In this document: piece by piece, positions 21,001-34,149 of the stretch | Layout: each line of letters opens with the position of its first letter | How positions within the stretch are numbered: the first letter of the stretch is position 1 | Assembly (NCBI GenBank): GCA_964276515.1 | Contig: OZ193909.1 | Location: 8,618,001 to 8,682,000, forward strand | Reading direction: 5' to 3' | Source: Gordius albopunctatus | Lineage: Eukaryota | DNA: 64,000 nt | Notes under the pieces: generated by a model | Database searches by the model: none | Told to the model about the DNA's origin: nothing | The model's input: only the letters and a program-made list of their open reading frames with translations | Made by a program: the position numbers and the translations under genes

Positions 21001-24000
21001 TATTTGGAAATATAAAATAGCTTAAGTGTAAAGGTGTAACATATATTAAATGTTGTTAATGTAAACAATATTTTTATTAAATTAGGAGTTTTTAATTTAA
21101 TTAAGAATTGTTTTTAACACACTTTAACTATTGCTAATATAAATAATAAAATTAAGTGTCGCCTTAATTAATTTTCTGATGGATTAACATCTTTTACACA
21201 GCTTTTTTATTGTGTTGTGCGACCCCACGGGGAACATTTAAATGGTTTTTGTATAAACATTATTATAACTGAACAAAAATGCGCGGTATTGCTTGCAATT
21301 ATAATTCTTTTATTTAATTTGATCCGAAGGAGACAAACAAATTAGCCAATAGTCGTTTAAGTCGCGTTATAGTTAAAAATATGCAAATATATATTTATTG
21401 TACTTTGGGAATATAGTTCAGAATATTGATTGCGAGTTTTTAATTGTAAATTGAATTTATGGTGCATCTCACAAAGCCTTAACAGGTATCTACCTCTGCA
21501 AAAATATTCAAATATAGGATGTTAAAATTCAAATAAAAATTTACTTTTTACTGTTATCAGTGTAAAATTCATCTCTATTAAGGAGCTTGTTGTTTAAATT
21601 GCCGAGAGATTTGGAAAACATCTTTTTTTGTATTTTAAATCTATTCTGGTCAAATGATATTTTATCAACATTGTTCCAAGGTATAAAGGATAGGGGATTT
21701 CGATTTTCAGCATCCATATCATTTCCTTCTATAATGGTTAATCCACAAACACCGATCCCAATGTGTAGAGGAACAAAGGATTTTTGTCGGCATTGAAATA
21801 ACTTATAAAAATGGATGCCAAATTCTTTGAAAGTTTGCGCCTCCTAATATAATATTTAAATACAATTATTGTGAACTAAATTTTAGATGATAAAAAACTA
21901 TCTAAGGCAAAAAAGGGAACTGTGTACTCTTAAAAAACTTATTTCCGCATTTTCTCGCGATAATCCTTCCAACTTTTTGTGCATTTCGTATAGGCGTTCT
22001 TTAATATTCTTGGTTCCATGTTTAATAATCATTCGTCGAGGCATATAATGTTCCATGATAAAATAATTTTCTCCCAAAATTGGTAACGAGTAATTTCCGA
22101 ATTCAGCTTGCAAAGCAAATGCTGCAAGGGAAAAGGCTTCGACATCACTACAAACTAGCCGCTGCTCCAAAATGTCTTTCCTCACTTGCAAATAATATTG
22201 ATGTATTGTTGTGCCATCTCTGTGCAATTAATAGATTCAAAGTTGTCTTTATTAATGAATAAACTGTTTTTATACAATATTTATTAGTTTATTGGAGAAT
22301 ACAATAATTTCATGTATCTTACTTGAGCATATTAATGTCATCAACGTAATATTTAACCCTTAAGAATAGATTAAAAGTCAAAGGTAGTGGATGTTTCTCT
22401 TTGTCTTCCTTCCACGCGGGTGGGGATATTTTGCTTAACTTTTCTTCGGGTTCTAGTAGTATGTGTTCCGATTCTATAGCAATGAACAGAGGTAAATTGA
22501 AACAAAACATTATTTTGTAAGAAAATATAAATGGTGCTGATGGTTTAATTTAGCTAGTGGCAAACATATTTGAGATAGTTTTAAATAAAAAATTTATAAA
22601 ACACTAGAAAATTAAAAGTTTGTAGGAAAACAAGGTTTTTGTGTTATTTAAATATCAAAGAACCACATATCGCAAAATAATATAAAATGAAATGCAATTA
22701 AAAATTGTATAGTAAGGAAGTTGGGATTTGTTTGACTAGTTATATATAGATAAGGTTGAACTATTAATGGATTCGTTTTCGACCCAGAATTAAGAACAAA
22801 TAATAGCACTTGGTCGAGCGATAAAAATAATGCTTTTTAATAAAATTTTAGAATTTAAACAAACGGCTAAAATTTTAGTTAATCTTTAACTCTGTAAAGG
22901 AAAACTAGCTTTATTTACTACCAAGGTTTTTAAGAAATAAGTTATTTACAGGATTAACCAAATGGAAGGGGGGAGAGGTTTAATTTTTTGATATAAATTT
23001 TTGTTATAAACAATACCAAGCTGCGATTCGGAACAAAATCTTAGCTTATTAATTGCTATAAATATTATCAACTCCATGCAAATTATGTTTTGCTATTGAT
23101 TAAAGGTTCTAATTTCAGTATATCTATATATTAACTGCATTAGCAGTTAGTCCGTTTAAATTTTATGAACCCAAATCCATCACTTGCCTACGAAGACACA
23201 ATACTTTTAAAGTCTCCTGTAATGGGCCATTGTTTGAACCATTGGAAAATTTAAGATTAAATGTTTCATATTAAGAACATTGAAATTTATTCGTCCAGGT
23301 AAATTTAAAATTTGTTCTTTAGCATCCAGTTATTTCTATTTAACCATCCATTGGTTTTATAGGTCTATATGAAGCAATTAACATTTTTTAAACTTTATAA
23401 ATCATAAGGTATAAGGTGCAGGGACTTTAATTTTTCTAGCTTTACAAAATTTCCCATAGAACAACTTTACAAAGTTTTGTTATTAATAAGTTGATTTTGT
23501 ATACTAAAACTTTTTGGACACCCAGTACCAACTAAATCAATGGCTACTTGTTTTTTAATTTCATAATACATAGATTTGTCAACCATTTTTATTAATTTTA
23601 TTCAAATATTTATTGTTGTTTTTAAAGCTATTTGTTAATTTTTGTCCTAAATTTGTATTTATTAATTTGAATGTTTCAAAGATAATTTGTCCAAAAGCCT
23701 TAAGTTGACTTAAATTCTGCCGAAATTGAATAAAAATTAATTTTAAATATAGCCTGTTGATTTATTTCCAATTTTAGCACAATACTAACAGCTTGATACA
23801 TACGTTTCCATGCATATCGAAAATATAAATTTTTATATCAATGGGAGAGGGATTTGGATATATATGCTTCTGACTTAAGACATATATTTAATAAAAAATT
23901 ATATTATTTAAATTAGCAAGGAGTTAATATCAAAAAAATAATAATTTTTTTTTAATTATGCAAAATTTTTTATTTAAAATAATGAAGATTGGGTAGTAAG

Positions 24001-26419
24001 CGCTTAATGTGAAACTTTATTTATGATATAGGATCAGGGAAATATCGGTCGCTAAAAAATGGCTTTGCATTTTAGACAAACTTTACAATTTGCGATATTG
24101 AAAAACTTATTTATGTTGGAAATATATTGATAAAATTACCTTTAATGTAAGACAAGGTGAAATATTCATGCTCTTTAATCTTTGTGTATTCAAAGATGAG
24201 GTGTAATACCTCTCGCACAATTGTGGATAAATTGCAGGATATTTCCAGTGTTTGTCCATCTAATAAAATGACCAGTATCTTTTTGGTATCCCAAAACTTG
24301 TTTTTGCCCTAAAAGAGAAGACAATTTTAAAATTATACACTTGTAAGTAAAGAAAACGAATTTATGTTTAATATTTTCTAATATTTGATTTAATAAGGCT
24401 TAAAATGAAATACTTAACGGGAAGCATCTCTAATACAAATTGGTAGGCTAAATATAATTTTATTTGATAATTAATTAGGCGATTAACATCATTGAAACAA
24501 CTACCAGTTAAATGACATAGTAATCTAAATGGTTAATAATAAAATAAATCTTGCAACAAATTAAAAAATGTTCGAAATTTTGCAACGACCTTGTGTGGAA
24601 AACAGATTAAGTCGTCAAGATGTCCATTTCCAACCGCGCGATTTTTGTACATGCTTTTTACCTATTTGACATGTAGAAGATATTACATTTATTCAAACTT
24701 TTATGTACAAAATAAAATATAACTATAAATAGGGATTAATAAATATGCCCATGTATGTAATTAAATTGAGCCTAAGTTTTAGTAAATTTTATATTCTTTT
24801 TATAAAGAAATTTTTTAATTTATTCTAATTATCAAGGACTTACTTCATCATTTTCCGCATCAAATAATTTCAAAGGTATAGGCTCTTTAACGCTTTTTAA
24901 TATAAATTCAGGGCCGATTTTTGTCTAAAATGTGATGACAAAAATGTATTTTAAATTATAAAGTCTATTAAATATGATAATGGTTGAGATCATTGTAAGA
25001 TTTTTTTGTATGATATAAAATAAAATTATACCAACTAAATTACAATTTTTATTATATTTTGCATCATGGTTATTATAAAAAAATATGTGTACACTTCCTA
25101 TTGCCTTCATAAAATGTTCATTTAAATATAATCATCCATTTTTAAGCATATTTTCACAGTAGTAGAAAAAAACGGACCTTATTTTATCCAATAATTATTG
25201 TTATTATTTAGCTAATTATATAAATTACTTTATTGTGTATGTCAACTTAAAATTAACATTTTTATAAAATTGCTTAGATGTATTAACAACCTGCTCACGC
25301 AGTCTGCTAGACGTGACAGCATGGTCCAAAAGTGAAAAAGTTCTACTGTGAATTAAGGCCTAAGTCCGAATTGCAGAATTTATACTCATCAGATAGATAA
25401 TAAGGTGTTACAATACTTCGTTGAGTCTTTTACAATTTTAAAAGTTACAATAAATTTTGTTATAAGTTTGCACTGAGCCTATAAATCTAGGCTTAGTTAT
25501 AATTTTTTAACGGGAAGAAAAGATAGCAAAGCAATGAACAATATTAAATCTAAGTAAGAATCGAATGGCAATTAAAATATACCTTTCACAATCTCGATCC
25601 ATGGCTCTATGCCCGCTCATAATTTTATATATTTTTAACCTATCCATATGTACAACCTCTTAATTAATTACTGCTAATGTGCTGGCTGGCAATAAATTTA
25701 AAAATTAATTGCATTTGGCAAATTTTTAAATTAATAATTTATTAAATTTAACAAAACGTTAATAATATACCACATCGATCTTATGTTCGGTTTTCAGCGT
25801 AGGATCCAGTTTGTGTTCCTTTGAGGATTTAGATTTAAAGCAATGATTGTTTTCACATACCGCTGCAAAGCAAATATTTTCGTGCGGAATCAAAAAAACC
25901 TTCTATGATTCAAGTTGTAGCAAGCATAGATTAATTATAAGTATACTTCATTTTGCCCATTCGGAGTATAATTATTAACTCTATGGACTTTAGTTAAAAG
26001 TTTTGTGTCATAATGGGCTAAATTTTTTCTAGTCAAGTTTTGCAGTGGCACTTTACCTTGAATATCATTAAATTAATCTCGTCCATTTAAGTGAAATACT
26101 GTAAATATGGGATGGATTTAAGTTATTGTTGCCTATATCATCGGAATAGCAGCGAACATGGTTATGCTGATAAGCTGGAAAATTATTTGAGGAGCTCCCT
26201 TTTTTAGGTGATTGCTGATTAGTGCATTAATATAAAAATTGGTGTGTGTTCTACATTTTATAAATCATGCATATATAATTTATTATACAACAATTTATAT
26301 AGGTCCTCACCCTAAATTTTGATACATAAGTGATGTTAGATGACGTCACCCCGCTGATTAATGAATTTGGTTTTTCGAATTGGTCATCATCTAATAGACG
26401 CTCTAGATTATTTTGGGAT
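18011..26419 (-). CDS. FERM-domain protein, PTPN13/FRMPD2-like; both termini uncertain
   Basis: Phase-consistent exons 24924-24844 (GPEFIL), 24308-24140 (KILVILLDGQTLEISC), 22473-22323 (LFLRVKYY), 22219-21928 (QYYLQVRKDILE..LAAFALQAEFGNY), 21843-21545 (EFGIHFY..FYTDNSK), 21495-21404 (YLLRLCEMHHKF). Low-complexity exons follow at ~20763-20316, ~20141-20023, ~19407-18749, 18678-18620, 18587-18011. Upstream exons near 25770-25890, ~26100-26215 and 26419-26311 are less certain. Confidence 0.85.
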
Positions 26420-28135
26420 CTAATAAATTAAAGATATCTTGAATATTGGAAAAGTGGAATAATGACCTAGATAGAGCTATATGTTAACAAGAACAATATT
26501 GCTTGAAAAATACAGGATAGATAAAAATTGTAAATTTTATTTCGTGATATATTTATAATGTGAGTGATGATTTCGTTGATAGGAAACAATTTAATGAAAA
26601 ATCGATCAAGATGGGGTTAAGTTAGATGTGCAATAAGACATTCAATAATCTCTATAATGTTGCAACTGAAGTTTAATTATTAGATTACTTGTGGATTAAA
26701 TTATTAAAAAATCATTAAAATAAATGCGTCATTATTTAAAAAGCTTATATCCCCCACATAAAATAACCATTTAAAATCTAATTCGGATAGTTAATGAAGC
26801 ATAATTTATATTTTTTATTTTATTTTATGCATATTAGTGGTACCAGGAAAAATTAATTAATTTATAGTAATAAATTTCAAAATTAAGGCATGATTTTAAT
26901 AAGCCATATAGCTTTAAATTTACGCCACACTCGAAGAATACCTTCTTATGACCTAACTAAAAATTAGGCATAAAATAACGTTTGAAATAAAAAAATATTA
27001 ACAAATTAAATTTAAAGGTTCACAACATTATCTATCTTATAACCAAAGAACAACCCGATGTTAATATTCCTTCTATATACATGGTTAAAAACGTACTTTA
27101 AATTATTATGAAAATTATTATAAATCTTAAAATTTTATTACGGGACTATAAAGTATTATTACGTAAAACGTGTCAATAATTATATGATCTCTGGCGTTTC
27201 AATCAGAAATTTACCCTGCTGACCAATATTTTCCTATAAAATGTTGAAAAACTATACACGTTGCCAACTATAGAATGTAGATTATAGTAATGTAATTGAT
27301 TAAAGTGATTATAAAGGCAATGAATTAACCGTGAATTTAGTTAACCTTAATATTTTGTTTTTTACTCATGATGATCATTGGGACAGTTTCAAAAACGTAA
27401 AAAACTAATTTCACTGACAATTCTCAGAGGAATACACTGTAGTTATTATCTAACACATGTCATCGCAAAATCCTCTTACTTCCAAAAAAATGTTTACTAA
27501 TAGACATGAAAATTTTCAATAAAAGTAATGTAGCCATATGAGGAGGCATTATAAAGCTTTTTAAATGTTACACTATTCCAACCAAGTTTTTTCTTTAAAT
27601 ATTAAATTGGAAGAATAATATTAATAACTAAGCTCAATAAATTAAATTAAATTTGAGATTTAAATAAAAAGTAAATGAATACACATATAATTATATTCCT
27701 TAATTTAATTAAAAATAATCTTGGTGTCGGATTAAGAAAAATACACAAACAAATTCAAGGTTGTCCTTTAAGCCACTTACAAAACATTTTGTTATTCGAT
27801 TAATATCATTCGAATATTTTAGATTTTTCCACAAATCAAAAGAATTAATGGTTTTATAAAAACATTACCAAAATTTAAAAATCTAAGATATGTGAACTAT
27901 TAAGTTTAGTAAAGTAAATAAGTTTTACCATAATACAAATTAGGGCATACTTTAATGTTCATAAAGTGATCTTTTAAGTGTAATAAGCAATCTAACATCA
28001 ATAGAATATCGTAAAAATAATGGGGTAAAAACTAAACTCTGTCAAGCAAGACTTAATGAACCATTTTATCCATCGCTGACTTATATAATTGTTTTATTTT
28101 TCCAATTACGTTTAGTCACAGATATATTTAGTTCC

Positions 28136-28700
28136 TAGGCTAAATCCCGAAAGCGCATAATCCCGTATTTTAATGCTACACTTGGCGCCAATTAACATAT
28201 TTAAAAAAATATACTGTATTCAAGATAACATATTATGGCTTTATTTATAAAATTTTAGCATCAAATGAAAAACTAAAAAATTTCAATGGAACAAATATCA
28301 AACTTGTTAAAAATATCTCTACAATTATAAGGGATCAACAAAGTAACAACATTTAATATTATTCTTAAAAAATTGAATTTTTTTTAGGTACAAGTGGAGT
28401 TATTACTAAGAATTGCTTACTAGATGCTAATGAGAAGACCCCTACACAGGGTGATGATCAACCAACCCCTGCACCAGTTGAAAATTCACAAAGTAAATTT
28501 GTTTAGTTTTAATTAGTATAACCGCCAAGTAATTTAGATATAAAATTTTTGCCATCCCAAAAAGGAAAAACAATCTTGATGCTCAATGATTATCTATATG
28601 TCGTTGACAAAACTACAGAAATTCAAAATGCCCTTGCAGGTTAATATATTGCAAAAATATAGCTAAATTAAGAAATAATCCGTTTTCGGGATTTAGCCTA
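28136..28700. mobile_element. TIR element, probably a Mutator/MULE derivative carrying a FLYWCH-like fragment
   Basis: 17-bp perfect inverted ends TAGGCTAAATCCCGAAA / TTTCGGGATTTAGCCTA. Internal + strand peptide FLPSQKGKTILMLNDYLYVVDK (~28546-28612) resembles the start of FLYWCH domains. TSD is only partial (6/9). Confidence 0.65.
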
Positions 28701-29156
28701 TATCCCATATATTTTATATAAAAGCCCAAATTTTCATTTATTATTATTTAAGCTAAGTTTTTCACAGATCCAGATAAGATGCAGTAAATTTAATGTTTAA
28801 CTATGTATCTAAGATACTGGTTGTACACTAAATTGGGAAATAAATAGCGTTTTGCGGGGCAGGTAGTAACGATCCCAAAAATTTGCCTTTTTGTAATATA
28901 TATTTAGGATTAAATTTTTAACTAAAATAATTTTATCACAAGGAATACATATAATTAATAGCTAATAATGTAATAGAATGGTGCATTTTTTATAGCAAAG
29001 GGGGGGGGGGGTAGAGTGAAGCAACTGATAGCTTTTATATTTTAGTTTTTACACATAAAATTATTCAATTGATAAATAATAAATTCAAATTTAATTTTAT
29101 AACATCCTGCAGCATTTTAATGCAAGGCATAGATTAGAATGTTACAATATTTTAAC

Positions 29157-29814
29157 TAGAGCCCTGCAAATGGGATTTTATATGAACCGAACTCGATGTT
29201 TTAATTTTTGTTTTGGGTACGCCCGACCGGAGCCAGAAATGATTTTTTCATATTTGGCTCGACCCGAGCCCCGCCCGAAAAGTATTAGGCCATATTGACA
29301 TTTAAAAAACATGTAAATATAGATTAAATTTGATCGTTATTAATTTGTAATTTAAAACAAGGATAAATTTGGAATAAAGAATCTAATTTTCCTTGCTATA
29401 ATTTATGCAACTATTATAAATTAAAAATCTAATTTTTTCAAAGGAAAATTTATCGAACAGTTATAAAGTATATTCGCTTTTATATTTACTTATTTTACTA
29501 GTTCTAATAGCTACTACGAATATTGTAATAAAATAAAGTTTTTAATATGACCAAGAAATTGTTATAGATAGGGGGTAAGGGCTGGAGTTAAAAAGATATA
29601 TTATGTACGCTGTAAGAATATTTATTTATAACGAGTTACGTTTATTTAAATCATATATTATATATGGTTAATTGGTGGAATCAATTTAAGTCGAACTCGG
29701 GTCTTTGATCGGGTCCCCCATTATTCCCGACCAGAGCCTAAGCCCAGTTATTAAATTAAATTTTGCCCTAGCTCGGTACAAACCTATTTGTGATTGGGTA
29801 GGGCTCGGGCTCTA
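29157..29814. mobile_element. Degenerate hAT-like MITE
   Basis: Ends TAGAGCCC / GGGCTCTA with clustered CCCGA/TCGGG subterminal motifs; no TSD seen. Confidence 0.55.
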
Positions 29815-30090
29815 CCTAATAGGAACGAAGAACAGTTAAGGGATGATTTAAGCGAGAAAGAATAATAAGTTTATCCATAAATATGTTTAGTAAAGAAGAT
29901 ATATTTTGGGTATGAGGGGTACCAAGTCAAAGATAAACAATCCAGGGTAATAATAGGTACGCATTATTTATTCCAAACAAATCACATATTCATCTAATAT
30001 ATCCAGACACATATAATATAGACAGAGCCACCAACTTAAATAACAAATATTAAAATCAATTCACAACAGTTGTAAAACTCAATATTTACT

Positions 30091-30370
30091 CAGTGGCAAA
30101 TGGGTTAAAATATTATAGTTTAATTACATCAAAGATTTTAAGATGCCTATAAAAACCTACAAACATAATATATACATCTAATTTTTTTAATTTAATTTTT
30201 GACAAAATTTGTAAAATTTTCGAATATGATTGTGAAAATTGCTATGAAAAAAACTTAACATTTATTTCCCGTGAAAATTAGATAACTAAGCGATTATTAT
30301 AATGTTCCTCATTCTATATAACATTAATACTTTTATCATTTATCATAATTGTCTAAAATTTTCTGCTAGT
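30091..30370. repeat. Partial copy of the 3559-4326 element
   Basis: Direct similarity to ~3606-3917 (aaatgggttaaaatattatag ... aaaattttctgctag). Confidence 0.75.
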
Positions 30371-31872
30371 GTTGACGAGACTTAATTTTAAATAGGGCTA
30401 TAATACATCATTTTAGGCGGGCACGGTAATTAAATAGTAATTCTTGTAACTCGCAACATTATAAGAATAAAGCTAATAAAAATTGGAAAAAAAGTTTTCG
30501 TGTTAATTACTAGGTCGGCTAATACAAAATTTTTCACTCGATTTGAGCATAATTTCAAATCAAAAAGCCATCGAGCCCAAAGATTTGATAGGGTAAAATA
30601 GATTAGCTTGTAACAAACTAGCAATATTAACTAATATGAATCAAACAGCATGGAACCTCTCAAATTTACAACACAATTTATAACTCTTACATTGATATTT
30701 AAACATTTTCAAATGTGATATCTTAACGTTTTAGCGATAATAATTAAAAAAAAGAATAAAATATTCTTCAATTAAACTAACTAGTTGCAAATTACTTTAG
30801 AAAGAATGATTTGAATACATATTTTATGAACTGTGCGTAATGTAATGATCTTTAAATTGGGTTAATTACTAAACAAATCATTAAGTCGTCTTGCGTTGCT
30901 CAGGGCTATTTAATTTTGCAGTAAAAACAAATAAGTATTCACTTTGAAACGATAAATCTTAGATAAACATACAATTCTTCAACAAATTTCAAGTCATTGC
31001 AAACAATTAACATAATTTATTATAATTAAAAATATTTGCCCAGATGGATTTAAGGAGTAGTATAATTAACAATAAGTTGAAAGTTTTTGCCCAATTTGAG
31101 TTATATTAGAAATTTTGGATTAAGGGGGGGGGCCTTCCCAGCCTCAGTCTAAGTAAGCCCATGGCATTTACTATTCAATTTTATAAATTTCTTGACCAAA
31201 ATGTATGATGGTTAAATATATTTTTTTAATCAAATTTTTATTTTTTGAGATGTTATTTAATTTAAATTATATTATAGTTGCTATTTAAGGCATTTATGAA
31301 GGCCTGGGTAGAGATGTTAAAATGCTTATATGCTACATGCTCAACCCTGGTAATAGGCACTTATCTCCTACCATTCCCATCTAGCATAAGGAGCAGATGC
31401 TGCTTATAACCCGGTTACTAGCACCAGCAAATTGAAGCTGCTGATGGGTTCTGGTTGAGTAGGATATAAACTAGCTGGGCATCGAGCAGAATTGCTTGAT
31501 ATAAACGTCATATTTGTCCAGTAGTCGTAATTTTTTAAAGTTTATTAATTGTGTTAGAGACTGCTATCTTATGATTCGTGAAAAAATACTTATAATATAT
31601 TACTTCAAAATTACAAAATTATTGTATTTTGACATCAAATTGCACTATCGCTTTTGAAATTTTTTCTTATTTAAAACTGTTTCTCTTATCGCCAAATTTA
31701 TATATTTTCATGCTTTGTAATAAATAATTTCACATGATTTGATTGTAAACAATTAAATTTTTATTTAATAAGTATACATAAATTTCGTTGTATTATATTA
31801 ATCTTTCATGATAGATAGATATTTTAAAACCTTTTATCTTTCATTTATCAAATAGGAAAATATGGTAAGTTT

Positions 31873-32585
31873 CAGGCACGTAGCCAGGATTCAGGATTTT
31901 CTCAAGGGGGCGGAAAGCTGCCCAAAAATTTTTTGACATGTAATTAAAAATAAAAATTAAACAACCAAAAAGTCGGGGGCGCTGCTGGGCCCACTCGGCC
32001 AAAGGGCCGGGGAGGCAACCGTCGTAAATTAAGATTTTAAGTAGGCCTGGGCGGGCACCATAACAATGAGATTTTTTATATAGTTTATTATTTTTTTGTC
32101 ACCTTTTTATTTATAAAAATTCTAGAATTAAATATTTTCGGAAATAAGACGAAATTAATGCTTGAAATTTGAAATAGTCATTTTGGGCCCGTCAGCGCAC
32201 AACATTAGTGAATTGGGCAATTAAAGGGTTTGGACTGGTATTGGTGGGTAATTTAGTTATCTAACCGTGATGGGTTTTAGCAGAAAATTTTAGACAAACA
32301 TAATAAATGATAAAGGAATTAATTATGTATTGAATGAGGAACATTATAATAAATAGTCATTTGTATTAAAAAACTACAATCATTGGTGCATGTGGGGTGT
32401 TAAGAAGACAAAAAAATGTAGTTAAATCTTTTTGGCAAAAATTTAATTTAAAATAAATATAAATCTTTTAGGGTGTTTATAAATGAGTCTTTTATCTGAC
32501 TAAATATTTTTTAATATTTTATTTATATGAATTTTTTTTAAAATTTTTACTAAGATGAGGGGAGGGGCCCTTGGATACGCCACTG
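31873..32585. mobile_element. Inverted relative of the 3559-4326 MITE family
   Basis: 31873-32350 matches the reverse complement of ~3830-4326; ends CAGGCACGTAGCCAGG / TTGGATACGCCACTG; no TSD seen. Confidence 0.7.
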
Positions 32586-32663
32586 AACTACATCATTTAT
32601 AAATGTAGGTGGGACGTTTTGATCTAATCTTTGAACAATCATTATTAATCAGTGGATTAACAA

Positions 32664-34127
32664 TTCTCTTCTTCTTCTTTATCAGTTATTTGGTCCCACA
32701 TTGGTAGGGTTTGTTTTGATAAGTTTCTTACATCTTGACCGGGTGAGTGCCATGTCTTGACGAATCTCTTTAGTTTCCATAACTTTATCGACTTGCCCTT
32801 TCCACGTGACACGGGGTCGTCCTCTTCCTCTCTTCCCCGGTACCTCCATGACCAGTACTTTTCGATTTACGTCACCCGTATCCCTCCTTAGTATATGCCC
32901 ATACCACCTTAGCCGATTTTCGTTAATCATGTCCGCCATAGGTTGAATACCTATTTTTGTCATGAGAAAGTCATTCGTCATATGGTCGAGCTTAGTATAC
33001 CCCAACCTCCGCCGTATCATTCTCATCTCTGTGGCTTGTAATAGCTTTCCTTCCGTGGTGTTTAATGCCCATGTTTCACTTCCACAGAGTAACACCGGTC
33101 TTACGATGGATTTGTAAGCTTTGCTCTTCAACCATATTGGCATTTTCTTGTCGCAAATTACACCAGATATACTTCGCCATTTAAGCCATCCTTTTTGGAT
33201 CCGGGCATTGACTTCCGTTGCGCAACCTCCCTCTCGTGTAGCATCGAGCCGAGGTAATTAAACCTGTCTAATTTTGGGTACTTTAGATGGGTATCCAGCG
33301 ATGGGATGCCTTTACCGTTTATTTCCATGTATACCGTTTTTCGATCGTTGACCTTTAAACCATATCCAGCTAAGCGCTTTGACCACTTTTCAGCTTCTTC
33401 GAATACTTTCTCACTTTTTTCCTCGCATAGTACTATATCATCGGCATATAGCATACACCATGGTGATGGCTTTTGAATGTCCCTCTTTATCGTGTCTATA
33501 ATTATATTAAATAAAAAGGGACTTAAATCAGAGCCTTGAGGTAATCCAATATTAACCCGAAAAGGTTTAGAGTCTCCAACTGTCGTCCTAACGCAAGAGT
33601 TTGAAGCTTCATAAATATTTTTCATAGGCCGTATATATGCGCCAGGGATATTTTGTTTCCTCAGGCACCACCATATTAAGTCGCGGGGGACACGTCGATA
33701 AAAACCATATGTAGGTCTTTCCTCTTTTCACCATACTTATCATCATTTATCTTAGGGCGAAGATTGGGTCGATTGTGGATTTGCCGGCCACGAATCCGAA
33801 TTGATTAGCCGATATTTCCACCTCGCTTTTCAGCCTTGTTACTAAGATCCTTTCCAAAAGCTTTAAGGAGTGGCAAGTTAGCTTGATACCTCTGTAATTG
33901 CCACAGTCTTGAGGGTCTCTTTTACCTTTAAATAAGTATATAATCGGACTTGCTTTCCATTGATTAAGAATTCGCCTTTCTACCAATATCTTGTTTTGGA
34001 GGTTCGTCATGGTGGTGTCTCCTTCTTATCCAAGCAAAGCTTTTATAGGTATTCCATCTGGGCCATTAGCTTTTAATTTTTTCATCTTGTTCATTTGTGT
34101 CCTAAGTTAGACCATACTTATATTTGG
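32664..34127 (-). mobile_element. 5'-truncated RTE-clade non-LTR retrotransposon (RT and C-terminal region, pseudogenised)
   Basis: ORFs with NYRGIKL, QFGF, GLPQGSDLSP, MLYADD, RLRWYGHILRR, GKRGRGRPRVTW; (GAA)n 3' tail at ~32664-32680. Confidence 0.93.
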
Positions 34128-34149
34128 TATTTTACTTAATTATTTTACT

